Source: Candidatus Micrarchaeota archaeon (GTDB lineage Archaea > Micrarchaeota > Micrarchaeia > Anstonellales > Bilamarchaeaceae). From it: a DNA stretch of 64,000 nt. The stretch lies in the NCBI GenBank assembly GCA_018304385.1, contig JAGVWJ010000014.1:13621-77620 (forward strand). Direction: 5' to 3'. The translations under genes were made by a program, and so were the position numbers. Positions 28,449 through 36,615 of the stretch are shown piece by piece. Within the stretch, counting starts at the first letter, position 1. Each line of letters begins with the position of its first letter. The notes beneath the pieces are model-generated. The model did no database searches. It was not told the origin of the DNA and saw nothing but the letters and a program-made list of their open reading frames with translations.

Positions 28449-29198
28449 ATGGATATTGAAAATAATTCTAATATAACTATTAGCATAAATGATGTCAAAG
28501 ATGGACAAATAGCTATAGGTACTAATGCAAAAGTAAATCTAATTGGCGAGCTCGATAACGATCGTAAAATTGAAATTATTGTTGGCGAGAACAGCGAATT
28601 AAAAAGCTACATAATCCAAAAAAATGGATCGCTCGAGCAACGCAACATTGCGAAACAATATGCGCGCATCTATACAAATATTATTTATTTTGGAGGAGGA
28701 AACGCGAAAATTGTTAATACACTTGAAGGCGACAGCAGTGAAGCTTACGATTTGCAAGTATTTGCAATTGATGATGGAAAAAGATTAGTTATTGACACTA
28801 CACTACTACATATTGGAAAGAATACTAGCGGGAATATTCTAGTAAAAGGAACTGCAAAGGATACTGCAATTGCAAAAATAGATGGAATGATAAAAATTGA
28901 AAAACATGCAAGCGGTTCAAACTCATTTTTAGATGAACATGTTATGCTGCTTAATCCTGGCGCAAGAGCAGATACTAACCCGCAATTAGAAATAGAAAAC
29001 AATGATGTAAGCTCCAGGCATGCGGCTTCAGTTAGCCAGATAGATGAGAACAAAATATTCTATATGATGGCACGTGGATTAAAGCGTGAGGATGCGAGAA
29101 AACTAATCGTTGAAGGGTTTTTAGGTTCTGCTGTTGAAAAAATTGATAATAAAGAAATTAAAGAAAAGGTTAGCGAACTGATTGCAGAGAGTTTTTAA
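28449..29198 (+). CDS. sufD: SufD-like Fe-S assembly protein (short form)
   Basis: SufB/D beta-helix C-terminal pattern (SRHAASVSQIDENKIFYMMARGL) directly after sufB. Confidence 0.75.
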   Translation: MDIENNSNITISINDVKDGQIAIGTNAKVNLIGELDNDRKIEIIVGENSELKSYIIQKNGSLEQRNIAKQYARIYTNIIYFGGGNAKIVNTLEGDSSEAYDLQVFAIDDGKRLVIDTTLLHIGKNTSGNILVKGTAKDTAIAKIDGMIKIEKHASGSNSFLDEHVMLLNPGARADTNPQLEIENNDVSSRHAASVSQIDENKIFYMMARGLKREDARKLIVEGFLGSAVEKIDNKEIKEKVSELIAESF

Positions 29199-29276
29199 AT
29201 CTATCCAATCAAATTAATCTTACTTATTTCTAGTCACATTTTTGTGGCGAGCCTTATTGGCGAAAGAGTGATAACA

Positions 29277-29642
29277 ATGTCCAAAAATAAAATTCGATTC
29301 ATTAGAAAGGATAACTCACAGCTAGTATCTCTAATCCAAAAACTGCGCATTGCGAATAAGCTTATTTGGAAAAAAGTAGCTTATGAACTTGCTAAGCCAA
29401 GGCGCATGCGCATTGAGGTTAATCTAAACAAACTCGATGAATATGCCAAAAACGGTGAAACAGTTTTAGTACCTGGAAAGGTATTGGGCTCTGGCCAGAT
29501 ATCTAAAAAAGCAACTGTAGCTGCATTTGCTTTCAGCGAAAGCGCGAAACAGCTTATTGCGCAAGCAGGTGGAAAAACCATTTCGGTTGAAGAACTCTTT
29601 GCATCAAATCCAGAAGGAAAAAATGTATTAATATTAACGTGA
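29277..29642 (+). CDS. rpl18e: 50S ribosomal protein L18e (eL18)
   Basis: VLVPGKVLGSG and the NPEGKNVLIL C-terminus. Its position ahead of L13-S9-RpoN matches the conserved archaeal order. The ATG at 29277 is preferred to the GTG at 29244. Confidence 0.85.
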   Translation: MSKNKIRFIRKDNSQLVSLIQKLRIANKLIWKKVAYELAKPRRMRIEVNLNKLDEYAKNGETVLVPGKVLGSGQISKKATVAAFAFSESAKQLIAQAGGKTISVEELFASNPEGKNVLILT

Positions 29643-29647
29643 TAAAC

Positions 29648-30058
29648 ATGCTCGCTATAGATGGAACAAATCTTGTACTCGGACGCGCTGCCTCGCAGAT
29701 TGCAAAAAAACTATTGCAAGGCGAGCAAGTGCATTTAGTAAACGCTGAGAGTATGATTATACATGGGAATCCAAAACAAATTATAGAGAAATATACACAA
29801 CGAAGACGCATTCAGCATAAAGGAACTCCAGAAAAATCGCCATCCTGGCCAAAGATACCAAATTTGCTCGTTAGAAGAATAATCAGAGGTATGCTACCTT
29901 GGAAAAGATCAAGAGGGAAAGATGCTTATAAGAAATTATTTGTTTATGTTGGCAATCCGAAAAAATTAGAAGCAAAAAAATTAGATAATGCGGAATTTAA
30001 ATCTGCAAACCGCCATATAACGATTTTGGAGCTTTGTAAGAATTTTGGTTATGCATAA
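29648..30058 (+). CDS. rpl13: 50S ribosomal protein L13 (uL13)
   Basis: IDGTNLVLGRAASQIAKKLLQGE N-terminus, typical of uL13. Confidence 0.9.
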   Translation: MLAIDGTNLVLGRAASQIAKKLLQGEQVHLVNAESMIIHGNPKQIIEKYTQRRRIQHKGTPEKSPSWPKIPNLLVRRIIRGMLPWKRSRGKDAYKKLFVYVGNPKKLEAKKLDNAEFKSANRHITILELCKNFGYA

Positions 30059-30068
30059 AGTGATTTTT

Positions 30069-30632
30069 ATGGAAGAAACAAAAAAAGAGGAGATAAAGGA
30101 AGAAGCAGTAGCACCAACAACAGCTAAAAAAGAGCGAAAGCCAAGAAAAAAGAAAGAAGAAACAGTAAAAAGCGAGGCTGGAGCAGAAGAACCTAAAAAA
30201 GAGGAAACGAAATCAAAGAAAAAAAAGAAAAAACAGGCTTTGGTTCTACGTGGCAAAAGAAAAGAGAGCATTGCACGAGCAACAATACGTGCAGGAAAAG
30301 GAAATGTTCGCATAAATCATATGAAATTAGAAGCTTATTATTCTAACAAATATATTAGAGATATAGTAAGACAACCATTAAGCTATCTTGGCCCAGAGAC
30401 ACTTAGCATTGATATCAGTATAGATGTAATTGGTGGCGGTATGATGGGCCAAGCACAGGCAGCAAGAACTGCTATTGCAAATGCGCTAGTTGAATATTTC
30501 CCAGATCAAAATCTAAAAGAAAAATTCTTAAGTATAGATAGGTCACTATTAATAGAAGATGTTAGACGCGTTGAACCAAAGAAATTCAAAGGGCCAAAGG
30601 CTCGAGCAAGATTCCAGAAGTCGTACAGGTGA
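30069..30632 (+). CDS. rps9: 30S ribosomal protein S9 (uS9) with K/E-rich N-terminal extension
   Basis: GKRKESIARATIR core and a C-terminal ARARFQKSYR. About 60 extra low-complexity K/E residues sit at the N-terminus. Confidence 0.9.
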   Translation: MEETKKEEIKEEAVAPTTAKKERKPRKKKEETVKSEAGAEEPKKEETKSKKKKKKQALVLRGKRKESIARATIRAGKGNVRINHMKLEAYYSNKYIRDIVRQPLSYLGPETLSIDISIDVIGGGMMGQAQAARTAIANALVEYFPDQNLKEKFLSIDRSLLIEDVRRVEPKKFKGPKARARFQKSYR

Positions 30633-30634
30633 CT

Positions 30635-30655
30635 GCCTTGGGCAGTGAGCCATTG
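30635..30655 (+). repeat. heptamer array, GC type, 3 units
   Basis: gccttgg gcagtga gccattg, then ggttttatattacata (leader copy 5). It begins 3 nt after the S9 stop. Confidence 0.7.
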
Positions 30656-30787
30656 GGTTTTATATTACATAAGGTTTCATAGAACGGCCGACGCGACCAT
30701 AAAGAAAATACGTGTGTCGCGTCCCTAAAGGTTTCATAGGTAAAACGACGGCTTTGTTAGAATGGGAGAACAGAAGGAGGTCATAGC
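30656..30787 (+). repeat. promoter-leader repeat, copy 5 (upstream of rpoN)
   Basis: ttttatattacataaggtttcatagaacggccGACGCGAC-cataaagaaaatacgtgt-GTCGCGTCcctaaaggtttcataggtaaaacgacgg..agaatgggagaacagaaggaggtcatagcATG. The arms are 30690-97 and 30716-23. Confidence 0.8.
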
Positions 30788-30982
30788 ATGGAATTCCCAA
30801 TAAGATGTTTTAGTTGTGGCGGAGTTATCGGAGATTTATACGAACAATACAAATCATTATCAAAAGATAAAGGTCCTGAAGCAGCACTTAACGATCTTGG
30901 ATTAGATAGATATTGTTGTAGAAGAATGTTTGTTTCACATATCGAAATTACAGATAAGATATCGAAGTATCCAAGAATTTAG
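30788..30982 (+). CDS. rpoN: DNA-directed RNA polymerase subunit N (Rpo10)
   Basis: PIRCFSCG...RYCCRRM zinc motif, 64 aa. Confidence 0.95.
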   Translation: MEFPIRCFSCGGVIGDLYEQYKSLSKDKGPEAALNDLGLDRYCCRRMFVSHIEITDKISKYPRI

Positions 30983-31016
30983 CAGTGAGCTTTGGGCAGT
31001 GGGCCTTGAGCCACTG
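30982..31016 (+). repeat. heptamer array, GC type, 5 units
   Basis: gcagtga gctttgg gcagtgg gccttga gccactg, then ggttttattaacata (leader copy 6). It begins on the last base of the rpoN stop. Confidence 0.85.
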
Positions 31017-31146
31017 GGTTTTATTAACATAAGTAATACCTAGGACGACCGACGTGGCATTAAGAAAATATAAGACCACGTCCCTATAGAGAATATAAGT
31101 AGAACGACGAATATGTAAGAATGAGAAAACAAAAGTATAATACAGC
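31017..31146 (+). repeat. promoter-leader repeat, copy 6 (immediately upstream of tRNA-Pro)
   Basis: ttttattaacataag..gaccGACGTGG-cattaagaaaatataaga-CCACGTCcctatagagaatataagtagaacgacg..aagaatgagaaaacaaaag, then tRNA +1 at 31147. The arms are 31051-57 and 31076-82. It lacks the GGAGG..catagATG tail of the protein-gene copies. Confidence 0.8.
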
Positions 31147-31278
31147 GGGATCGTGAGGTAACCTGGCATCCTGCGAGCTTGGGGTGTTCGTTATCTGAGT
31201 GCGCTTTTTAGGTAAAAAGTGCCCAAAAACTGGGACGCTAACTAAAAAGTCCCAGAAATTCAAATCTCAGCGGTCCCA
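31147..31278 (+). tRNA. tRNA-Pro(GGG) with a 59-nt non-canonical intron in the T-arm/T-loop
   Basis: Hand fold. Acceptor GGGATCG (31147-53) pairs with CGGTCCC (31271-77), followed by discriminator A. The D-arm is AGG..GG..CCT. The anticodon arm is CGAGC-TTGGGGT-GTTCG (anticodon GGG at 31181-83, G37). The variable loop is TTAT. T-stem CTGAG (31195-99) pairs with CTCAG (31266-70), with T-loop TTCAAAT (31259-65). The 59 nt at 31200-31258 interrupt position 53/54 (or 54/55). The mature length is 73 nt. Confidence 0.8.
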
Positions 31279-31371
31279 TTTATTTTAATAAACTCACTAC
31301 AAAGACAAGGTAAATGACCTTAGTAAAGGATCGCAGTATACTAAATTTGGAGTTTAATAGAGGTGCATAAA

Positions 31372-31998
31372 ATGGTAGAGAAAACAGGATTGTTAGTAAA
31401 GCAGGAAAATTATTTGGAAGCAGGAATACATATAGGAACGAAAATACGAACGTATGATATGCGCAGATTCGTATTTAAACGCAGGGATGATGGCTTATTT
31501 ATCTTGGATTTACGTAAAGCTGATCAAAAACTTTTGCACGCTGCAAAGCTTCTTGCAAGATATAAACCAGAGGAAGTTTTAATAGTTGCGTCACGCGCAT
31601 ATTCTGGAAACCCAGCTGCAAAATTTTCTAAATTAACTGGAATCAGTACATGTAAAGGAAGATATACTCCAGGAACTATGACAAATCTTTCATATAAACA
31701 ATTTGCAGAGCCAAAAATATTATTTGTATGCGATCCAAAAGGTGAGAGGCAAGCTATTGCTGAAGCAGCGGCAAATGGAGTGCCAGTTATTGCGCTCTGT
31801 GATACAGATAATGAAACAAAGTTTATTGATTTAATAGTTCCGGTAAATAATAAAGGAAAACGCTCGCTAGCGCTTATCTTTTACATATTAACTAGAGAGA
31901 TAATGCTTGCACAAGGAAAAATTAATTCTTATGAAGAATTTACTCATGATATGAGCTATTTCGAGCAGGCAGAAGAAGCAGCGAAGAAAGCAGAATAG
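31372..31998 (+). CDS. rps2: 30S ribosomal protein S2 (uS2)
   Basis: YLEAGIHIGTK, VPVIALCDTDN and a GAGGTG 6 nt upstream of ATG 31372. Confidence 0.93.
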   Translation: MVEKTGLLVKQENYLEAGIHIGTKIRTYDMRRFVFKRRDDGLFILDLRKADQKLLHAAKLLARYKPEEVLIVASRAYSGNPAAKFSKLTGISTCKGRYTPGTMTNLSYKQFAEPKILFVCDPKGERQAIAEAAANGVPVIALCDTDNETKFIDLIVPVNNKGKRSLALIFYILTREIMLAQGKINSYEEFTHDMSYFEQAEEAAKKAE

Positions 31999-31999
31999 A

Positions 32000-33262
32000 T
32001 TATTTATAATTAGTCCTGCAGAAGTTTACATCAACTTGGTTATCTTGTAGATCGCAAACAGTTACATTCTGCTCTAATTTTGCAGCATTTGTATAACATC
32101 TAACATCCCATTCATCGCTAGAAAGATTTGCACAGTTTTCATGCCTTAATTTTAGATTATCTTGAATTGATGCTCGATAGCAGACATCCCTGGAACCTGG
32201 GTCAAAATTTAAATATTCGCATGCCTGCGGATTTCCGTATTCCTTTCCAACATCAATAAAACAATGCTCCTTTGCGATAGGCGCATATCTAGTAATCTGA
32301 ATACATCCTTGTAAATCGCTAGTCTCAATTGCATATTTTTTGTAGCAATCCCATCGCTTTAGAAGTTCTACTCCGTCACAAACAGCAGGATTCTTATCTC
32401 TTTTTGCAAAATGCGCGTAACAATTAACTGCATAAATCGTATCTTTTTTAGTTAGATCGTCACATGCACCGGGTCTATCTGTTTTTACTGCGTAAAGCGC
32501 TCGGCATGCATCAATTTCATCATCCTTTGGTAACCCATTACATTCATCCTTTTTTAAGGCAATACTAACACAAGCGTTCTGCTTGAAACGAATACCTAAA
32601 TCAGCACAAGCTTCAGCATTCACTGTTTGCTGCGCATATGCAAAGATGCATTCTTCATTTTTTTCACAGAAACTATAATTGTTATTTGCAAGTGCCTTGC
32701 ATAATGGTTTCTCATCAAGTTTTTTATAGAAACAAGAATCCACCTTTTCTATACACGGTCTTCTATCGTCCATTTCTAGATTACTACACAAATCAAGATT
32801 ATCCAATTTTACAGCGTGGGACCCAACACAAGTTTTCTTCTGGCTATAATCTGCTAGTTTCAGGCACGCCTCAACTGAATCTGTTGCTAATGCAACGAAG
32901 CAGTCTTGCTTCTTAGTTTCATTGGATATACTATCACAGGTTGTTGCGACTTTGGTTGATAACGCATTTTGCAATTGACAATCATCATCACAAACAGTGC
33001 TAACTGAAACATTTGGTTTTGTTACATTAGGGATAGCAATATTAGTACTTCCATTATCTGCTGGTTTTTTTCCAAAAAATAAGAAAAATATTGCGATTGT
33101 AATTATTAGAATAACTACAACAGTACCTAAATTAGTATATACTTTTCTTTTTTGTTTTTCTACTGGTTTCATATACTTGTATTTTTTTCCTTTGCTTGTT
33201 GGGATAATGGGAGAGATACTAAGTATGTCATCTTCTACCTTAGGGATCTGGTCTTTTGGCAT
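32000..33262 (-). CDS. cysteine-rich repeat surface protein (N-terminal membrane anchor)
   Basis: Start trimmed to MPKDQIPK, because the upstream ORF part is an inverted heptamer array. It has one TM (TVVVILIITIAIFFLFF) followed by more than 30 Cys in a roughly 20-25 aa periodic pattern (C...A/Y...C). Confidence 0.55.
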   Translation of the reverse strand: MPKDQIPKVEDDILSISPIIPTSKGKKYKYMKPVEKQKRKVYTNLGTVVVILIITIAIFFLFFGKKPADNGSTNIAIPNVTKPNVSVSTVCDDDCQLQNALSTKVATTCDSISNETKKQDCFVALATDSVEACLKLADYSQKKTCVGSHAVKLDNLDLCSNLEMDDRRPCIEKVDSCFYKKLDEKPLCKALANNNYSFCEKNEECIFAYAQQTVNAEACADLGIRFKQNACVSIALKKDECNGLPKDDEIDACRALYAVKTDRPGACDDLTKKDTIYAVNCYAHFAKRDKNPAVCDGVELLKRWDCYKKYAIETSDLQGCIQITRYAPIAKEHCFIDVGKEYGNPQACEYLNFDPGSRDVCYRASIQDNLKLRHENCANLSSDEWDVRCYTNAAKLEQNVTVCDLQDNQVDVNFCRTNYK

Positions 33263-33292
33263 GTTTAATACTAAAAAGTAAATATTTAATAA

Positions 33293-33366
33293 GCCATGAG
33301 CAGTGGGCAGTGAGCCGTGGGCCAACTCGTTTGGTGGCTCACTGCTCATGGCCCAATGCCCAAGGC
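33293..33366. repeat. inverted pair of GC-type heptamer arrays (5 + 5 units)
   Basis: Forward: gccatga gcagtgg gcagtga gccgtgg gccaact (33293-327). Reverse-oriented: tggtggc tcactgc tcatggc ccaatgc ccaaggc (33332-366). Confidence 0.85.
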
Positions 33367-33485
33367 AGAAATTATAATTTATGTTCTTTTGTTATTTTAA
33401 ATCTACGAATAAAAAGGGGAACTATATAAATATTTTCTTGAAAGAAATGATGCTCAAAAGATTTAGAGAGAATTTAAAGTGGGAG

Positions 33486-33515
33486 GTGAGGTGGAGCTTC
33501 GGCAAACCACCTCGC
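33486..33515 (-). terminator. hairpin immediately 3' of the 33517..33843 gene
   Basis: gtgaggtgg (33486-94) pairs with ccacctcgc (33507-15), with an inner gc-ttcg-gc tetraloop-like apex. It begins 2 nt after the stop codon on the minus strand. Confidence 0.5.
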
Positions 33516-33516
33516 T

Positions 33517-33843
33517 TCAAAAAACTGAAAAAAAGTAAAGAATTAGAATAAAAAGGGACAAAAACAACTTTACCAACCAAAAATCAAATCTGTGTTTATT
33601 TTTCATATCGCAAAATTTTGGTGACCAAACTAAAAACGCTATACCTGCCAAAAGGATGCGGCTTATTAATTTGAAATTGAACCCAAATACAAAAACTTCA
33701 AAAATAGACTCTATTACTAAAAAAAACAAAATTAATTGTATAAATAACGGAAGACGATTAGCTGAATGATAAAGCACATCATTCGTATTATAAAACCAGG
33801 GCTTGCCTTTATCCCAATAGTCAAACATAATATTTGATCTCAA
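33517..33843 (-). CDS. hypothetical small membrane protein
   Basis: 108 aa with 3 hydrophobic segments. No motif recognised. Confidence 0.4.
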   Translation of the reverse strand: MRSNIMFDYWDKGKPWFYNTNDVLYHSANRLPLFIQLILFFLVIESIFEVFVFGFNFKLISRILLAGIAFLVWSPKFCDMKNKHRFDFWLVKLFLSLFILILYFFSVF

Positions 33844-33958
33844 AGGTTAGATTTAAAAACATCTCGTTACTATATTCTGTTATCTATTTTTAGGTCGATA
33901 AGCATATATCACCTAGAAAATATTACTATTTAGAATATTTAATGGAGGAAAGATTAAT

Positions 33959-35236
33959 ATGGCAAAGAAAGAACACCTAAACATAGTATTTATCGGACAT
34001 GTTGACTCAGGTAAATCAACAACAGTTGGAAGAGTGCTATATGAAACTGGAGCTATTAGCGAGCAGGTTTTGAACAAATTAAAGGATGAAGCAGCCAAAG
34101 TAGGTAAGGCAACATTTGAATTCGCGTTCGTTATGGATGAGCTAAAAGAAGAACGTGAACGCGGCGTTACCATTGACATTTCGCACAGAGAATTCGAAAC
34201 TGCTAAATATTATTTCACAATTATAGATGCACCTGGTCACAGAGACTTTGTTAAAAACATGATTACTGGTACATCACAGGCAGATGCTGCAGTACTTGTA
34301 GTTTCTGTTAAAGATGGCATCCAACCACAAACAAGAGAACACGCATTCTTAGCAAAGGTTCTTGGTCTTAATCAACTAATTGTAAACTTAAACAAAATGG
34401 ATGCAGTTGGGTATAAACAAGAAGAATATAACAAAGTAAAAGGAGAGGTTGAGAAACTCCTAACTGGCATTGGATACAAAACTGCAGGAGTGCACTTTGT
34501 ACCTTGTTCAGGATATGTAGGTGACAACGTAACAAAGAAATCTCCAAATATGGCGTGGTATACTGGCCCTTCATTAATAGAAGTTTTAGATTCATTAATT
34601 GCTCCACCAAAACCAACTGATAAACCATTGAGGCTTCCAATTCAGGATGTTTTAACAGTAACTGGACATGGTACTGTCCCAGTAGGTAGAATAGAAACAG
34701 GTAAATTAAAACCAGGTGATCAATTAGTGTTTATGCCATCTGGTGCAAAAGGAGAAGTAAAGAAAATTGAAATGCATCACAAGGAATTACCTGAAGGATT
34801 ACCTGGCGACAATGTTGGATTTAACGTTAAGGGTGTTGAAAAGAAAGACATTAAAAGAGGAGATGTTGCAGGCCCAGTTAGCGCACCACCAACAGTTGCT
34901 GCAGAGTTTACTGCGCAGATAGTAGTTCTAAACCATCCAACAGCAATTGCAGCTGGCTACACACCTGTGTTTCACATTTGTACAGCGCAGTTCGCTGGGC
35001 AAATTGTCGAGATTGTTGAAAAGAAAGACCCAAAAACTGGCCAAACACTACAACAAAAACCAGACTTTATTAAAACAGGTGATGTTGCGATAGTAAAAAT
35101 AAAACCAATGAAGCCTGTTGTTGTGGAAAAATTCCAAGAATACGCACCATTAGGCAGATTGGCTATCCGTGATATGGGTCAGACCGTTGCAGCAGGCGTA
35201 GTACTAAGCATAGTACCAAAAGCTGCAGAGAAATAA
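33959..35236 (+). CDS. tuf: translation elongation factor EF-1alpha
   Basis: [17 protein letters not shown] and NKMD GTPase motifs. 425 aa. Confidence 0.97.
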   Translation: MAKKEHLNIVFIGHVDSGKSTTVGRVLYETGAISEQVLNKLKDEAAKVGKATFEFAFVMDELKEERERGVTIDISHREFETAKYYFTIIDAPGHRDFVKNMITGTSQADAAVLVVSVKDGIQPQTREHAFLAKVLGLNQLIVNLNKMDAVGYKQEEYNKVKGEVEKLLTGIGYKTAGVHFVPCSGYVGDNVTKKSPNMAWYTGPSLIEVLDSLIAPPKPTDKPLRLPIQDVLTVTGHGTVPVGRIETGKLKPGDQLVFMPSGAKGEVKKIEMHHKELPEGLPGDNVGFNVKGVEKKDIKRGDVAGPVSAPPTVAAEFTAQIVVLNHPTAIAAGYTPVFHICTAQFAGQIVEIVEKKDPKTGQTLQQKPDFIKTGDVAIVKIKPMKPVVVEKFQEYAPLGRLAIRDMGQTVAAGVVLSIVPKAAEK

Positions 35237-35304
35237 TCTTCTAATTTTTAAATTTTCTTTTTCTCTTTTATTTATTTTCTTTAATTAGCTAATAGTGTAG
35301 TTTT

Positions 35305-36615
35305 TTATTCCCCATCAGTTCCTGTTGGTCGGGAATCAATAAAATCAGCTCTAAGAGATTCAGCTGCTGGATCAATAATTTGTGCTCGTCTTTTTGCAGC
35401 TAGTTCTTCTTGCAATTTTCTTAATCTATCTAAAAACTTATCTATTCTCCTTCTTGTTTGCCTACGAGTATCTCCTGACAACCCAGTAACTGCATATATT
35501 GAATCTTTGGCATCAAGATCAAAATAACCTCTGAACAAACTTCTTCCGCTCCTAAACTCTAAATTAAGATCCGCACAAAGTGCCCTCAGTCTTTCCAAAT
35601 TATGCCCATTTCCTATCCTAGGTAAACCTATTTCTAAAAGATCATGCGCATAGACTCTGGCTAAATCTATATAAACAGTTATTACTGCATTGGTTGGATG
35701 TTGAATAGGGATTTCTTCACTTACCATTTTAAAATCTAATTGATCGCGTGGTCTACATACTACGACCTTTTTTTCTTGTTGTGCTGCAATCTCATCCCTA
35801 AGGTCTGGAACAGTCATACCATGCATAGCTAAGAAATGGGCCATTAGCTCATAGAGGTCCCAGTCTATTCTTGCTGCTATTTTTATTAGTTCTATGTCTT
35901 CTGCTAATTTTCTTGCCCTGCTAGCAGGTGATAAATGCTCAATATCAGATAGATTATCAATAGCATCAGCTAATTTTATTGGAAATGTAGAAATACCATC
36001 TGCACTTAAAAGACCGTCAAAATAGACTCTTCGCATTTCTCTGTAAACCTCAGGAGGATAAGATTCATCTTTGCTTCTATAAAAATCAGGAGCAAAATTA
36101 AATACGCTATGCGTAGCAGGTATCCAAATATGCGTGGTTTCTCCTTCTGTTGGATTAGGCCTTGGTCTAACGCACCTCGGCGTTGTTAGAAGTGCGACAC
36201 CTCTTGATATCTGCTCTCCAAATTCTAATCTAAGTGAAGCATAATTTACAGCTAGTCTCCTCTTTGGACCATCTTCAATTACATCATGCATTAGCGCTCG
36301 TGCACCAGAGATATAAGAACCGTTTAAAATCACCAAAACGTAAAATGCTACGCCTAACGGATGAAAAATAACATCTCGGTCCCCACCTTTTCTTTTTTGA
36401 CCATCAAAAATCTGCGAGGCTGTATCAAAAGCCTTTCTTAATGATGCTTCGCCTCCATTCCCGTTACGAACATTTGGTGCTTGTGCTAAAATCATTTCAA
36501 AAGTAGCGCGCGGATCATGAAGAGGCTCGAATAATTTGAAAGTACTATGTCTGGATGAGGTCCCGTTACCTCCTGCTGTTCTAACTGTGGCCCTAGCCAA
36601 GTGTCCTTCAACCAT
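35305..36615 (-). CDS. RelA/SpoT-type HD hydrolase domain protein with unknown C-terminal half
   Basis: FHPLGVAFYVL...ARALMHDVIEDG and KLADAIDNLSDI match the HD_4 (SpoT/Mesh1 hydrolase) pattern HP..VA...LHD..ED...KlADRl.N. Its Arg-rich composition is unlike its neighbours. Confidence 0.6.
   Translation of the reverse strand: MVEGHLARATVRTAGGNGTSSRHSTFKLFEPLHDPRATFEMILAQAPNVRNGNGGEASLRKAFDTASQIFDGQKRKGGDRDVIFHPLGVAFYVLVILNGSYISGARALMHDVIEDGPKRRLAVNYASLRLEFGEQISRGVALLTTPRCVRPRPNPTEGETTHIWIPATHSVFNFAPDFYRSKDESYPPEVYREMRRVYFDGLLSADGISTFPIKLADAIDNLSDIEHLSPASRARKLAEDIELIKIAARIDWDLYELMAHFLAMHGMTVPDLRDEIAAQQEKKVVVCRPRDQLDFKMVSEEIPIQHPTNAVITVYIDLARVYAHDLLEIGLPRIGNGHNLERLRALCADLNLEFRSGRSLFRGYFDLDAKDSIYAVTGLSGDTRRQTRRRIDKFLDRLRKLQEELAAKRRAQIIDPAAESLRADFIDSRPTGTDGE

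Noticed and set aside
29241-29270. Possible weak heptamer array upstream of L18e (gtggcga gccttat tggcgaa agagtga).
   Set aside because: The phase and consensus are poorly kept, with only one good unit.
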